Both the position numbers and the translations under genes were made by a program. The notes beneath the pieces are model-generated. The model saw only the letters and a program-made list of their open reading frames with translations, had not been told where the DNA came from and did not search any database. 32,000 nucleotides of DNA from Geobacter sulfurreducens PCA (lineage in GTDB: Bacteria > Desulfobacterota > Desulfuromonadia > Geobacterales > Geobacteraceae), in assembly GCF_000007985.2 (NCBI RefSeq), contig NC_002939.5:3330001-3362000 (forward strand), in the 5' to 3' direction. Shown one piece after another: positions 1 to 7,513 of this stretch; position 1 is the stretch's first letter, and each line of letters begins with the position of its first letter.

Positions 1-918
1 GAGCACTTCGCCCGCATCTCGGATCGGCTCCAGCGGGAACTGGGGGTACGGACCATCCTCTTCGGGGCTCCCGTGGAAAAGCACCTGGCCGGGCAGGCTA
101 TGGCCGCCATGGAAATGCCGGCCGTGGACGCGGTGGGCGAAACCGGGATCGAAGAACTCTACTCCCTGGTGGGGCGCTGCGCGGCCCTGGTATCCAACGA
201 CACCGGCACCATGCACTTCGCCGCCGCGGCCGGCGTGCCCGCGGTCATGCTCTGCATTGGCCCGGCTTTTTTCCGCTGCACCGGCCCCTATGGCGAAGGG
301 CACCTGGCGCTCCAGCCCGACCTGCCCTGCTCGCCCTGCCCCTACAGCCTGGTCTGCGCCGATCCGGTCTGCCGCGACACCATTTCTCCCGAGGCGGTCT
401 TCTCGGCTTGCCGCATGATCCTGGCCGGCGCTGATGGGTTGGGGAATGCCGATTTTTCCGGCGTGAGGGTCTATCGGAGTTCATTTGCTCCCGACGGATA
501 CCTGACATGGGATGGCCTGTTCAATGTGGACGCCTGGGAAGAAGAGCAGGTCAAGCGGCGCGAATCCGCCTGGAAGGGATGTTTCGACGGAAGCACGAAG
601 GGGTGCGGTGCTCCCGGCGACGAGACCTTGCGGGCCTTCTGGGAGCTCACGGGGCGGGGGATTGAAGCAACAGAGGCCATCATCCGGGCGGCTCGGAAAA
701 AGCCCCTGCCCGTGGACGAGATCCGGCGCCTCGGCGAGAAGGAGTCGGCCATCGAGGCGGAGGTGAAGCTCATGGGCTATCGTCACGAACCTCTGGCCCC
801 GGTCACCGAATTCCTGACGCTCATGCGTGAAAACATCACCGGCGAGGAGCTGGGGCGGATCGCGCGGGAGACGCGTTCCCTTTACGAGACCGGGCGCTGC
901 CTGGCGGCACTGCTGTAG
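1..918 (+). CDS. Glycosyltransferase family 9 (heptosyltransferase-like), 5'-truncated at the window edge, with a C-terminal extension of about 160 aa from an unrecognised family
   Basis: Frame 1 is open from base 1 (EHFARISDRLQRELGVRTILFG...) and continuous with ORF 73..918. GT9 C-terminal hallmarks are present: SNDTGTMHFAAAAGVPAVMLCIGP and the Cys-rich LPCSPCPYSLVCADPVCRDTI. Residues after ACRMILAG match nothing I recognise. Confidence 0.6.
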   Translation, partial: EHFARISDRLQRELGVRTILFGAPVEKHLAGQAMAAMEMPAVDAVGETGIEELYSLVGRCAALVSNDTGTMHFAAAAGVPAVMLCIGPAFFRCTGPYGEGHLALQPDLPCSPCPYSLVCADPVCRDTISPEAVFSACRMILAGADGLGNADFSGVRVYRSSFAPDGYLTWDGLFNVDAWEEEQVKRRESAWKGCFDGSTKGCGAPGDETLRAFWELTGRGIEATEAIIRAARKKPLPVDEIRRLGEKESAIEAEVKLMGYRHEPLAPVTEFLTLMRENITGEELGRIARETRSLYETGRCLAALL

Positions 919-919
919 C

Positions 920-945
920 TAAAGTTTTCCGGTCCGCGGCCGAAA
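920..945 (+). promoter_or_regulatory. Sigma28 (FliA)-type promoter for flbD-motA-motB
   Basis: CTAAAGTTTTccggtccgcgGCCGAAAc. TAAA at 920-923, a 15-nt spacer, then GCCGAAA at 939-945, compared with the consensus TAAA-N15-GCCGATAA. It lies about 40 nt upstream of the flbD ATG and abuts the GT9 stop codon. Confidence 0.6.
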
Positions 946-983
946 CGATATCATAGCGGACCATTTTCTGAAGAGGAACTCCA

Positions 984-1262
984 ATGATCAGACTGACACG
1001 TCTCGACGGCGATGTTTTTTTCGTGAACCCGGATCTCATCGAGGCCATCGAGGAAACCCCGGACACCCATATCGTTCTTTCCAACGGCCGTCGCTACTTG
1101 GTCATCGAAAAAACCGACGCCATCGTCGCCCGTATCATCAGCTTCAAGTCGTCGGTGATGAAACGCGCTCTCGGCGGCCACGGCCGCAAGTATCTCCGGC
1201 GCAAGATGGAGGGAAGCTACCTCCCCCGCTGCCCCTTGAAACCGGGCCATAACACCGACTAA
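984..1262 (+). CDS. flbD: Flagellar protein FlbD
   Basis: MIRLTRLDGDVFFVNPDLIEAIEETPDTHIVLSNGRRYLVIEK matches the FlbD family core. The gene sits directly upstream of motA/motB. SD-like GAAGAGGAA lies upstream of the ATG. Confidence 0.8.
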   Translation: MIRLTRLDGDVFFVNPDLIEAIEETPDTHIVLSNGRRYLVIEKTDAIVARIISFKSSVMKRALGGHGRKYLRRKMEGSYLPRCPLKPGHNTD

Positions 1263-1282
1263 CAGGAAAGGTCAGGCGACGT

Positions 1283-2047
1283 ATGGACATAGCGACAATC
1301 ATAGGCCTCGTCATGGGATTCGGGGCGGTGTTCGGCGGAGCGCTGCTGGAAGGTTTGCACCTGACCGCCCTCATCCAGCCCACAGCGGCCATCATCGTGC
1401 TCGGGGGCACCTTCGGGGCGGCGTTCGTCAGCTTCCCCATGAAGACGATCATTGGCGCGGCCAAGGATATCAAAAAGGTATTGATGCCGGCCCAGAACGA
1501 CCCTGAAAAGGTCATCAAGGACCTGATCGGCTACGCGGCCAAGGCCCGGCGCAACGGCCTCATCTCTCTGGAGCAGGAAGCCCAGAACGTGAAGGATCCC
1601 TTCACCAAGAAAGGGATATCCCTTGTCGTGGACGGCATCGACCCTCAGAAACTGCGGGAAACCCTGGAGATCGAGGTCACCTACTACGAAGAACACGCTA
1701 AGCAGAGCGCCGAGTTCTTCGAGGCGGCCGGCGGCTACGCCCCCACCATCGGTATCATCGGTGCCGTGCTCGGTCTCATCCACGTCATGGGCAACCTGTC
1801 CGACTCCTCCAAACTGGGGGCAGGTATTGCCGTGGCCTTCGTTGCGACCATTTACGGCCTCATGACCGCCAACATCATCTGTCTCCCCTTCGGCACAAAG
1901 ATCAAGCACGGCATCAAGGAAGAACTCATCTGCAAGAACATGATCATCGAAGGGCTCATCGCCATCCAGAACGGCGAGAACCCCCACTTCATCGAGCAGA
2001 AGCTCAAGGCGTTCCTCCAGCACGGCGCCGGTGACAAGAAGGGATAG
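1283..2047 (+). CDS. motA: Flagellar motor stator protein MotA (MotA/TolQ/ExbB channel family)
   Basis: N-terminal TM helix MDIATIIGLVMGFGAVFGG. C-terminal channel region GIIGAVLGLIHVMGNL...IAVAFVATIYGLMTANIICLPFGTKIK. Adjacent to motB. Confidence 0.9.
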   Translation: MDIATIIGLVMGFGAVFGGALLEGLHLTALIQPTAAIIVLGGTFGAAFVSFPMKTIIGAAKDIKKVLMPAQNDPEKVIKDLIGYAAKARRNGLISLEQEAQNVKDPFTKKGISLVVDGIDPQKLRETLEIEVTYYEEHAKQSAEFFEAAGGYAPTIGIIGAVLGLIHVMGNLSDSSKLGAGIAVAFVATIYGLMTANIICLPFGTKIKHGIKEELICKNMIIEGLIAIQNGENPHFIEQKLKAFLQHGAGDKKG

Positions 2048-2056
2048 CATTCCGTC

Positions 2057-2857
2057 ATGGCCAAGCCGAAGAAGCATGAGAAAGAACCCAACCACGAGCG
2101 GTGGCTCGTCTCCTACGCGGACTTCATCACTCTGCTGTTTGCCGTGTTCGTGACCCTCTACGCCATGGGCCAGTCGGACAAGGAAAAGATCGAGCAAGTC
2201 ATGCAGTCCATGCGGGAATCGTTCGGGTTCACCGCCACCGGCTCGGCACCCCGGCCGGCAGTACTGGATTCGTCCGACATGCGGATCATGCCGTCAATCG
2301 CGCCGGATCTCACCAACAAGGGACGGGGTCAGGGCAAAAATGCCGACAGCAAGGGGAGGATCCGGGCAACGGAGAAGGATTTCCAGGCCATCAAATCGTC
2401 CATCGAGGCCTATCTCATCAAGCAGGGAGCCCAGGATAAGGTTAATGTGGGCATAAACCGGCGGGGTCTGGTGGTGAGTCTCAAGGAAGCGGGGTTCTTC
2501 GACTCGGGGAGCGCCATCGTCAAGGAAAGCGCCTATCCGCTCCTGGCCAAGGTTGCCGAGTCTCTGTCCGCCTACTCCAACCCGGTCCGGGTAGAGGGGC
2601 ATACCGACACCATGCCGATCAGCTCGGTCCAGTTCCCCTCCAACTGGGAACTCTCCACGGCCCGAGCCACCAACATTGTCCACTTCCTCACCCGCTCCTA
2701 CGACTTTGATCCCGGTGCCATTTCAGCTGCCGGCTTCGGCGAATACCGCCCCATCGCCGACAACAACACCGCTGAAGGCCGCTCCAAGAACCGGCGGGTG
2801 GATATCGTTCTCCTCTCCGGCGAAGGGGAGCGGGGAGAACCGGAGAGGGCGCAGTAA
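2057..2857 (+). CDS. motB: Flagellar motor stator protein MotB (OmpA-like C-terminal peptidoglycan-binding domain)
   Basis: ERWLVSYADFITLLFAVFVTLYAM carries the plug/TM region with the conserved Asp. OmpA-like C-terminus: VRVEGHTDTMPI...SNWELSTARATNIVHFL...GFGEYRPIADNNTAEGRSKNRRVDIV. Confidence 0.9.
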   Translation: MAKPKKHEKEPNHERWLVSYADFITLLFAVFVTLYAMGQSDKEKIEQVMQSMRESFGFTATGSAPRPAVLDSSDMRIMPSIAPDLTNKGRGQGKNADSKGRIRATEKDFQAIKSSIEAYLIKQGAQDKVNVGINRRGLVVSLKEAGFFDSGSAIVKESAYPLLAKVAESLSAYSNPVRVEGHTDTMPISSVQFPSNWELSTARATNIVHFLTRSYDFDPGAISAAGFGEYRPIADNNTAEGRSKNRRVDIVLLSGEGERGEPERAQ

Positions 2858-2932
2858 CGCCCGTCCCTGCGGCCGCGTCTCGTTCCGTTTGCACCTTCTA
2901 CAACACGACAACCGACTTCGTGCGGGTTCTTT

Positions 2933-5900
2933 TCACACGGATCCCCCGCCCAGCCCCACTGCCGCCAGCGCGACAGCCCTTACCCCCCGCAGATCGAGCT
3001 TGCCGGTGCCGAGAACCGGCAGCGTCTCCACTGCAACGTAACAGTCCCGTGCCGGTTTCCAGAGATTGGGCAACTCGCTCTCCGTCATGAACCTGTGGAG
3101 CGTTTCGGCGTCCCCTGCCTCGGGGGTGTAGACCACTACAATCCTTTCCCCCTTCCGTTCATCCGGAACCCCGGTCACCGCCACCAACCCCGCCTGACCC
3201 AGGCGGACATGGAGGGCATCCTCGACCGCGCCATGGGGAACCATCTCTCCGGCGACCTTACTGAAGCGTGAAAGGCGGTCGGTGATGTGGAGGAAGCCAT
3301 GGTCGTCCAGGTATCCCAGGTCACCGGTGACGTACCACCCATCGCGGATGACCTCGGCGGTCTTCTCCGGCTTGCCGAGGTAGCCGAGCATGACGTTGGG
3401 CCCCTTGACGAGGATCAGCCCCGTCACCCCTTCGGCAACCGGCTCAAGGGTTTCAGGCTCCACGATCTTCACCACCACGCCGGGGACGGGCAGCCCCACG
3501 CTCCCCTCCCGGAAACCGGCCTGACGGACACCGTCGATCTCCACGTCGGGCAGTGACAGGGAGATGACCGGCGACAGCTCAGTGGCACCGTATCCTTCCA
3601 TGGGCCGGATGCCGAATTTCTCCTGGAAGCTGTCGGCCAGTTTCGGCTTCAATTTCTCGGCTCCGGTGATGACGAGCCGCAATGACGCGAAATCCTCCGG
3701 CTTTGCCCGACGGAGATAGGCCATCAGAAAGGTGGGGGTAGCGATGAGGAGCGTCGACCGCCGCTCCCGGACCGTCGCGGCAATGGTCTCGCCGTCCAGG
3801 GGATTGGCATGGTAGACCACGGAAAAACCGGAAAGAAGGGGCAGCCAGAGCGTACCGGTGAATCCCAGGGAATGGAAGAACGGCAGGGCAGAGCAGATAT
3901 TGTCCCGCCGGGTAGCGCGGAAGACCATGCGGAGCGCCTCCAGGTTGGAGATGATGTTGTGGTGCGACAGCATCACCCCTTTGGGCTCACCGGTGCTGCC
4001 CGAAGAGAAGATGACCGTGGCCGGCTGGTCGGCGCTGAATCCGGCCTTTCCTGCCAGCAGGCGCAGAGGCAGAAAGCGGGCCTTCAGGAAAGCCTGGCAC
4101 TTGTCGCCGCCGGTCAGGCCTGCCAGGAGATCCTCCACGTACAGAACGCCGGGGAATTCCGGCAACGAACCGAGCTTCTCCTGAAAGCGCCGGGAGGTTA
4201 TGGTTACCTTGATGCCGCACTGGTCAAGCGATGAGCGTATGCCGTCGGCTGAAGCGGTGTAGTTGAGGTTCACCGGCACGGTGCCGTTGAGAGTGAGGGC
4301 GAGATTGACCAGGGCGCCCGCCACGGTGGGGGGCAGACAGACCCCTGCCATCTCCTGCCCGGCAGTGAAAGGCTTCAGTCTGGCCGCCAGGGCCACGGCG
4401 CCGGTCAGGGCTCTGCCGTAGGTGAGCTCCCGGCCGCCGGTGTCGGCCACGGCGAGACGGTGCCAGTTCTCCCGGGCTGTTTCGGCGAAAAGCTCTCCCA
4501 GCGGACGACGCCGGGACTTGCGGGTCTGGAACCAGGCACAGGAAAGCTCCATCACGGCCCGGCGCACGTCGTGGACACTGCTCCCCGCCCGGAGCGGCGC
4601 ACCGAAGAGGACCGTCACCCGGTAGGGGAGAAGCGACGGGAAACGGGAAAGGAGCTTGCCGTGGGCATAGGAGAGGATGCTCCCCCACGCTCCGCCGATG
4701 TAAACCGGGATGATGGGATGGCTCGTGCCCCTCACGATCCGCTCGAAGCCGCCCTTGAACTGGTTGAGCATACCGTTGCGGGTAATGGCCCCCTCGGCGA
4801 AAATGCAGACCAGGTATCCCTGGTCCAGTGCTCCGCGGGCGCTCGCGATGAACTCCAGAAGCCCTTTCCTCCCGTCCTTTGACGACACCGGAATCACCCC
4901 CATCAGAGAGCAGAGCTGCTTCAAAACGGGGGTACGGTAGATTTCCCGCTCCATGACAAAGCGGATCCGCCGCTGCTGCGTGGCGATGAGCAGCAGCGCG
5001 TCGAGCCAGGAAACGTGGTTGGCCACCAGGAGCGCTCCTCCTTCCACCGGCACGTGGCGGTCATCGATGACGGCAAGGCGGTAGCAAAGCCGCATGGCAA
5101 CCAGGGCCACGAAGCGGAGCAGGAAGTCGGGGAGCACCCGGAGTGTCGCCAGGGTAAGCACCAGGGTGATGGCACCCAGGACGCCGAAACACCCTGCAGG
5201 TGAGATCCCCAGCGGACCGGTGAGGGTCCAGAGCAATGCCGACGCAAGGAGCACACCGACCCAGCTAAGGAAGGTTGAGGCGGCAAGAATCTCCCCGCGC
5301 CGGTCGGCGGGAGCGCGGAGCTGAATGAAGGATTGGAGGGGCACGATGAAAAGACCGGCACTCATCCCGAACAGGGTCACCGCGACCAGGACAGAAGGGA
5401 GATGTGCCGGCAGCGTTGCCAGCAGGAACGAGCAGAGGGTGAGCCCCGCGGCACCGATGGGGACTACGCCGAATTCCACCGTACGTCCCGAGAGACGCCC
5501 CGCAAGCAGGGAACCGACGCCGATCCCCACGGCAGCCGCTACGAAGAGATAGCCGCTCTGTTCCTCGGGCAACCCCAGCAGCTTCATGCCATAGGGCAAA
5601 AGATTCAGCTGGCAGAAGGCCCCCACAAACAGGAAATAGGCTGCGCCAAGCACCGCCAGAAGAAGGTACCCGTCATGCTTCAGGCTCCGCAGGGTACGCC
5701 AGTAGGCGGCCGGGGACAACACCACCTGACGCTCCGGCGCGGCGGCACTGGTTTCCGGCAGGGTGCGGGCTACCAGGAGTCCGCACAAGGCCACCGCAAC
5801 TCCGGCCAGTAGCGCAACGCCATGGCGGCCGCCGGCCAGTTGAACCAGAAACGGTGCCAGGGCCGTTCCCCCCACGATTGCCAGGAACGACCACATCTCC

Positions 5901-6343
5901 AGGAGGCTATTGGCCCGGGAGAGCTCCTCCCGCGCCACCAACTCCGGCACTACCCCGTATTTTGCAGGCGCAAAGAGGGCGCTGTGGGTGCCAAGCAAAA
6001 AGATCACCGCTCCGAGCAGCAACGGGCTGGCGATCAGGAGACCTGCCACGGCCAGCAGCGCAATCCCGACCTCTAAGGCCTTCACCCGAACGATGATCCA
6101 TCCCTTGGGGAACCGGTCGGCAAGAGAACCGGCCAGGGCCGAAAAAAAGAGGAACGGGGCCACAAAGGCGGCGCTGCCGATGGCGGCCACGGTTGCCGCC
6201 CGCTCCTGACCGAAATGACTGATGAGAAAGAAGACTATGATCAGCTTGATGACGTTGTCGTTCAGCGCCCCAAGGGCCTGAGCAAGATTGAGGCGTTTGA
6301 ACGATGAAGGGAGTGTGTCAGTTCCGGTGTCTGTGGAGTTCAT
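2933..6343 (-). CDS. Triple-fusion protein: MFS lysophospholipid transporter (LplT-like), PlsC-type acyltransferase and AMP-dependent acyl-ACP synthetase (Aas-like)
   Basis: Single 1136-aa ORF. The N-terminal ~400 aa is polytopic MFS-like (LNDNVIKLIIVFFL...). The acyltransferase HX4D motif is NHVSWLDALL. Adenylation motifs are VIFSSGSTGEPKGV, MEGYGATE and YVTGDLGYLDDHGFLHITDRLSRFSKVAGEMV. Confidence 0.8.
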   Translation of the reverse strand: MNSTDTGTDTLPSSFKRLNLAQALGALNDNVIKLIIVFFLISHFGQERAATVAAIGSAAFVAPFLFFSALAGSLADRFPKGWIIVRVKALEVGIALLAVAGLLIASPLLLGAVIFLLGTHSALFAPAKYGVVPELVAREELSRANSLLEMWSFLAIVGGTALAPFLVQLAGGRHGVALLAGVAVALCGLLVARTLPETSAAAPERQVVLSPAAYWRTLRSLKHDGYLLLAVLGAAYFLFVGAFCQLNLLPYGMKLLGLPEEQSGYLFVAAAVGIGVGSLLAGRLSGRTVEFGVVPIGAAGLTLCSFLLATLPAHLPSVLVAVTLFGMSAGLFIVPLQSFIQLRAPADRRGEILAASTFLSWVGVLLASALLWTLTGPLGISPAGCFGVLGAITLVLTLATLRVLPDFLLRFVALVAMRLCYRLAVIDDRHVPVEGGALLVANHVSWLDALLLIATQQRRIRFVMEREIYRTPVLKQLCSLMGVIPVSSKDGRKGLLEFIASARGALDQGYLVCIFAEGAITRNGMLNQFKGGFERIVRGTSHPIIPVYIGGAWGSILSYAHGKLLSRFPSLLPYRVTVLFGAPLRAGSSVHDVRRAVMELSCAWFQTRKSRRRPLGELFAETARENWHRLAVADTGGRELTYGRALTGAVALAARLKPFTAGQEMAGVCLPPTVAGALVNLALTLNGTVPVNLNYTASADGIRSSLDQCGIKVTITSRRFQEKLGSLPEFPGVLYVEDLLAGLTGGDKCQAFLKARFLPLRLLAGKAGFSADQPATVIFSSGSTGEPKGVMLSHHNIISNLEALRMVFRATRRDNICSALPFFHSLGFTGTLWLPLLSGFSVVYHANPLDGETIAATVRERRSTLLIATPTFLMAYLRRAKPEDFASLRLVITGAEKLKPKLADSFQEKFGIRPMEGYGATELSPVISLSLPDVEIDGVRQAGFREGSVGLPVPGVVVKIVEPETLEPVAEGVTGLILVKGPNVMLGYLGKPEKTAEVIRDGWYVTGDLGYLDDHGFLHITDRLSRFSKVAGEMVPHGAVEDALHVRLGQAGLVAVTGVPDERKGERIVVVYTPEAGDAETLHRFMTESELPNLWKPARDCYVAVETLPVLGTGKLDLRGVRAVALAAVGLGGGSV

Positions 6344-6359
6344 GGTAACCTCGGTGTCG

Positions 6360-7337
6360 TCAGGCGAGTCGCAAGAGACCGGCCGCGTTGTGTAGAATCT
6401 GCTCGGGCATCCCTAATGCCAGCTTCAGGGCCACGTCCCGGTCCCAGGGGTTGCGGATGGCAGCCAGGCGCCTGGCTGCGAACGGACCGAGAGAGAAGAG
6501 GTGAAACCAGGGCGAGGTGAGCGCCGTGGCGGGCAAGGGCATATCGGTGCCGTACAGGAGCCGCTCGTGGAGTTCCCGGTGCTTCAGGACCCATTGAAGG
6601 TGCCCCAGGCGGTTAACCTGGGTAAGGGATGAGATATCGGCATGGAGGTTGGGATAGGCTGCAAACAGGGCCAGAAGCCGGTGCCGGTTCCGTTGGCCCT
6701 CGCTCCTGCCGCTGGTGGCACAGTGGGCGGCAATGACCGTAACCCCTTCATCGAGGGGCAGGCGGAGGCGGTTCGGATCTGACAGACTGTTGTCAGCCCG
6801 GGTGAATGATTGCTCCTCGCCGGTGTGGGTGAGCAGCGGCAACCCGAGTTCCGCAAGGCGCCGGTAAAAGGGAACCAGCCGCCGGTCCGCCGGATCGGTT
6901 CCCTGGATCGAGGGCAGCCACTTGACCAGCACCGCGCTGGCGGCAGCCGCGGCATCGAGCCGGTCCAGGGCGTCGGGCCGCAGGGGGTTGACGCTGGCGC
7001 CGAACAGGAGGTTGGGATACCTGCGACACTGGCCGGAGAGAAAGTCATTGGGAATGAACAATTCGGTCCGGGTCTGGTCCAGGTTTCCCCGGGAGTCGAT
7101 GGCACCGTCCAGTGCCAGCACCACGGCGGCCTGGACCCGGGTCGAGACTGCCAACCGTTCCGCAAGGCGGCGCAGGACCAGGCCGTCCCCTTCCCGTTCG
7201 AGCTCCGCATCGGTGACTCCGAAGGATGCCAGATAGAACCGGTACCTCCAGCTTTCCCTCAGACGGGTCGAAATGAAGCAGCCGCTGCCGCCGGCTCCGA
7301 CCCCTGCGGTGTGACAATGAATGTCTATGACGCTCAT
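6360..7337 (-). CDS. Metal-dependent amidohydrolase (TIM-barrel, Amidohydrolase_2-like)
   Basis: MSVIDIHCHTAG carries the HxH metal motif. Later conserved His/Asp are seen in LLTHTGEE, VIAAHCAT and LYGTDMPLP. I chose the start at 7337 (GGGGGA SD-like, 4 nt upstream) over the track start at 7406, which lies upstream of the candidate promoter. The gene ends 16 nt before the fusion gene, so the two are probably co-transcribed. Confidence 0.65.
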   Translation of the reverse strand: MSVIDIHCHTAGVGAGGSGCFISTRLRESWRYRFYLASFGVTDAELEREGDGLVLRRLAERLAVSTRVQAAVVLALDGAIDSRGNLDQTRTELFIPNDFLSGQCRRYPNLLFGASVNPLRPDALDRLDAAAAASAVLVKWLPSIQGTDPADRRLVPFYRRLAELGLPLLTHTGEEQSFTRADNSLSDPNRLRLPLDEGVTVIAAHCATSGRSEGQRNRHRLLALFAAYPNLHADISSLTQVNRLGHLQWVLKHRELHERLLYGTDMPLPATALTSPWFHLFSLGPFAARRLAAIRNPWDRDVALKLALGMPEQILHNAAGLLRLA

Positions 7338-7376
7338 GGATCCCCCGGAGAATGGATGTTGGATTCCCTCCTCCTT

Positions 7377-7392
7377 TGCCGGGAATGTGCCA
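7377..7392 (-). promoter_or_regulatory. Candidate sigma54 promoter for the amidohydrolase/Aas-LplT operon
   Basis: The minus strand reads TGGCAC-ATTCC-CGGCA. The -24 element is perfect and the GG-N10-GC spacing is correct, but the -12 element is CGGCA rather than TTGCA. It lies about 40 nt upstream of the 7337 ATG and is divergent from a sigma54 activator gene. Confidence 0.3.
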
Positions 7393-7477
7393 AGCCCCCC
7401 ATGCACTAGATTCTATCATCCTGTCAAGAGGTTAGCTCCTGCAGCTCCGAAGCCGGGGCACTTTTCCACGAGCCATA

Positions 7478-7505
7478 TTGACATTTAATGCATACATACT
7501 ATACA
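7478..7505 (+). promoter_or_regulatory. Candidate sigma70-type promoter for the EBP gene
   Basis: TTGACA (7478-7483), a 16-nt spacer, then TATACA (7500-7505), inside a locally AT-rich patch. The predicted TSS is about 7512, essentially at the ATG at 7514. Confidence 0.3.
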
Positions 7506-7513
7506 TAAAATGC

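Noticed and set aside
5161-5176. Additional TGGCAC-containing sigma54-like matches inside coding regions (for example 5161, 5984, 4441, 2706, 30023)
   Set aside because: Either the GG-N10-GC spacing fails or the -12 element lacks TGC. All of them also lie inside ORFs or in the wrong orientation for any downstream gene.
7478-7513. TTG start at 7478 for the EBP, which would add MTFNAYILYIKC
   Set aside because: The TTG is the first triplet of a TTGACA -35-like box in an AT-rich promoter patch. The added peptide is encoded entirely by AT-rich promoter-like sequence, so the ATG at 7514 is more plausible.
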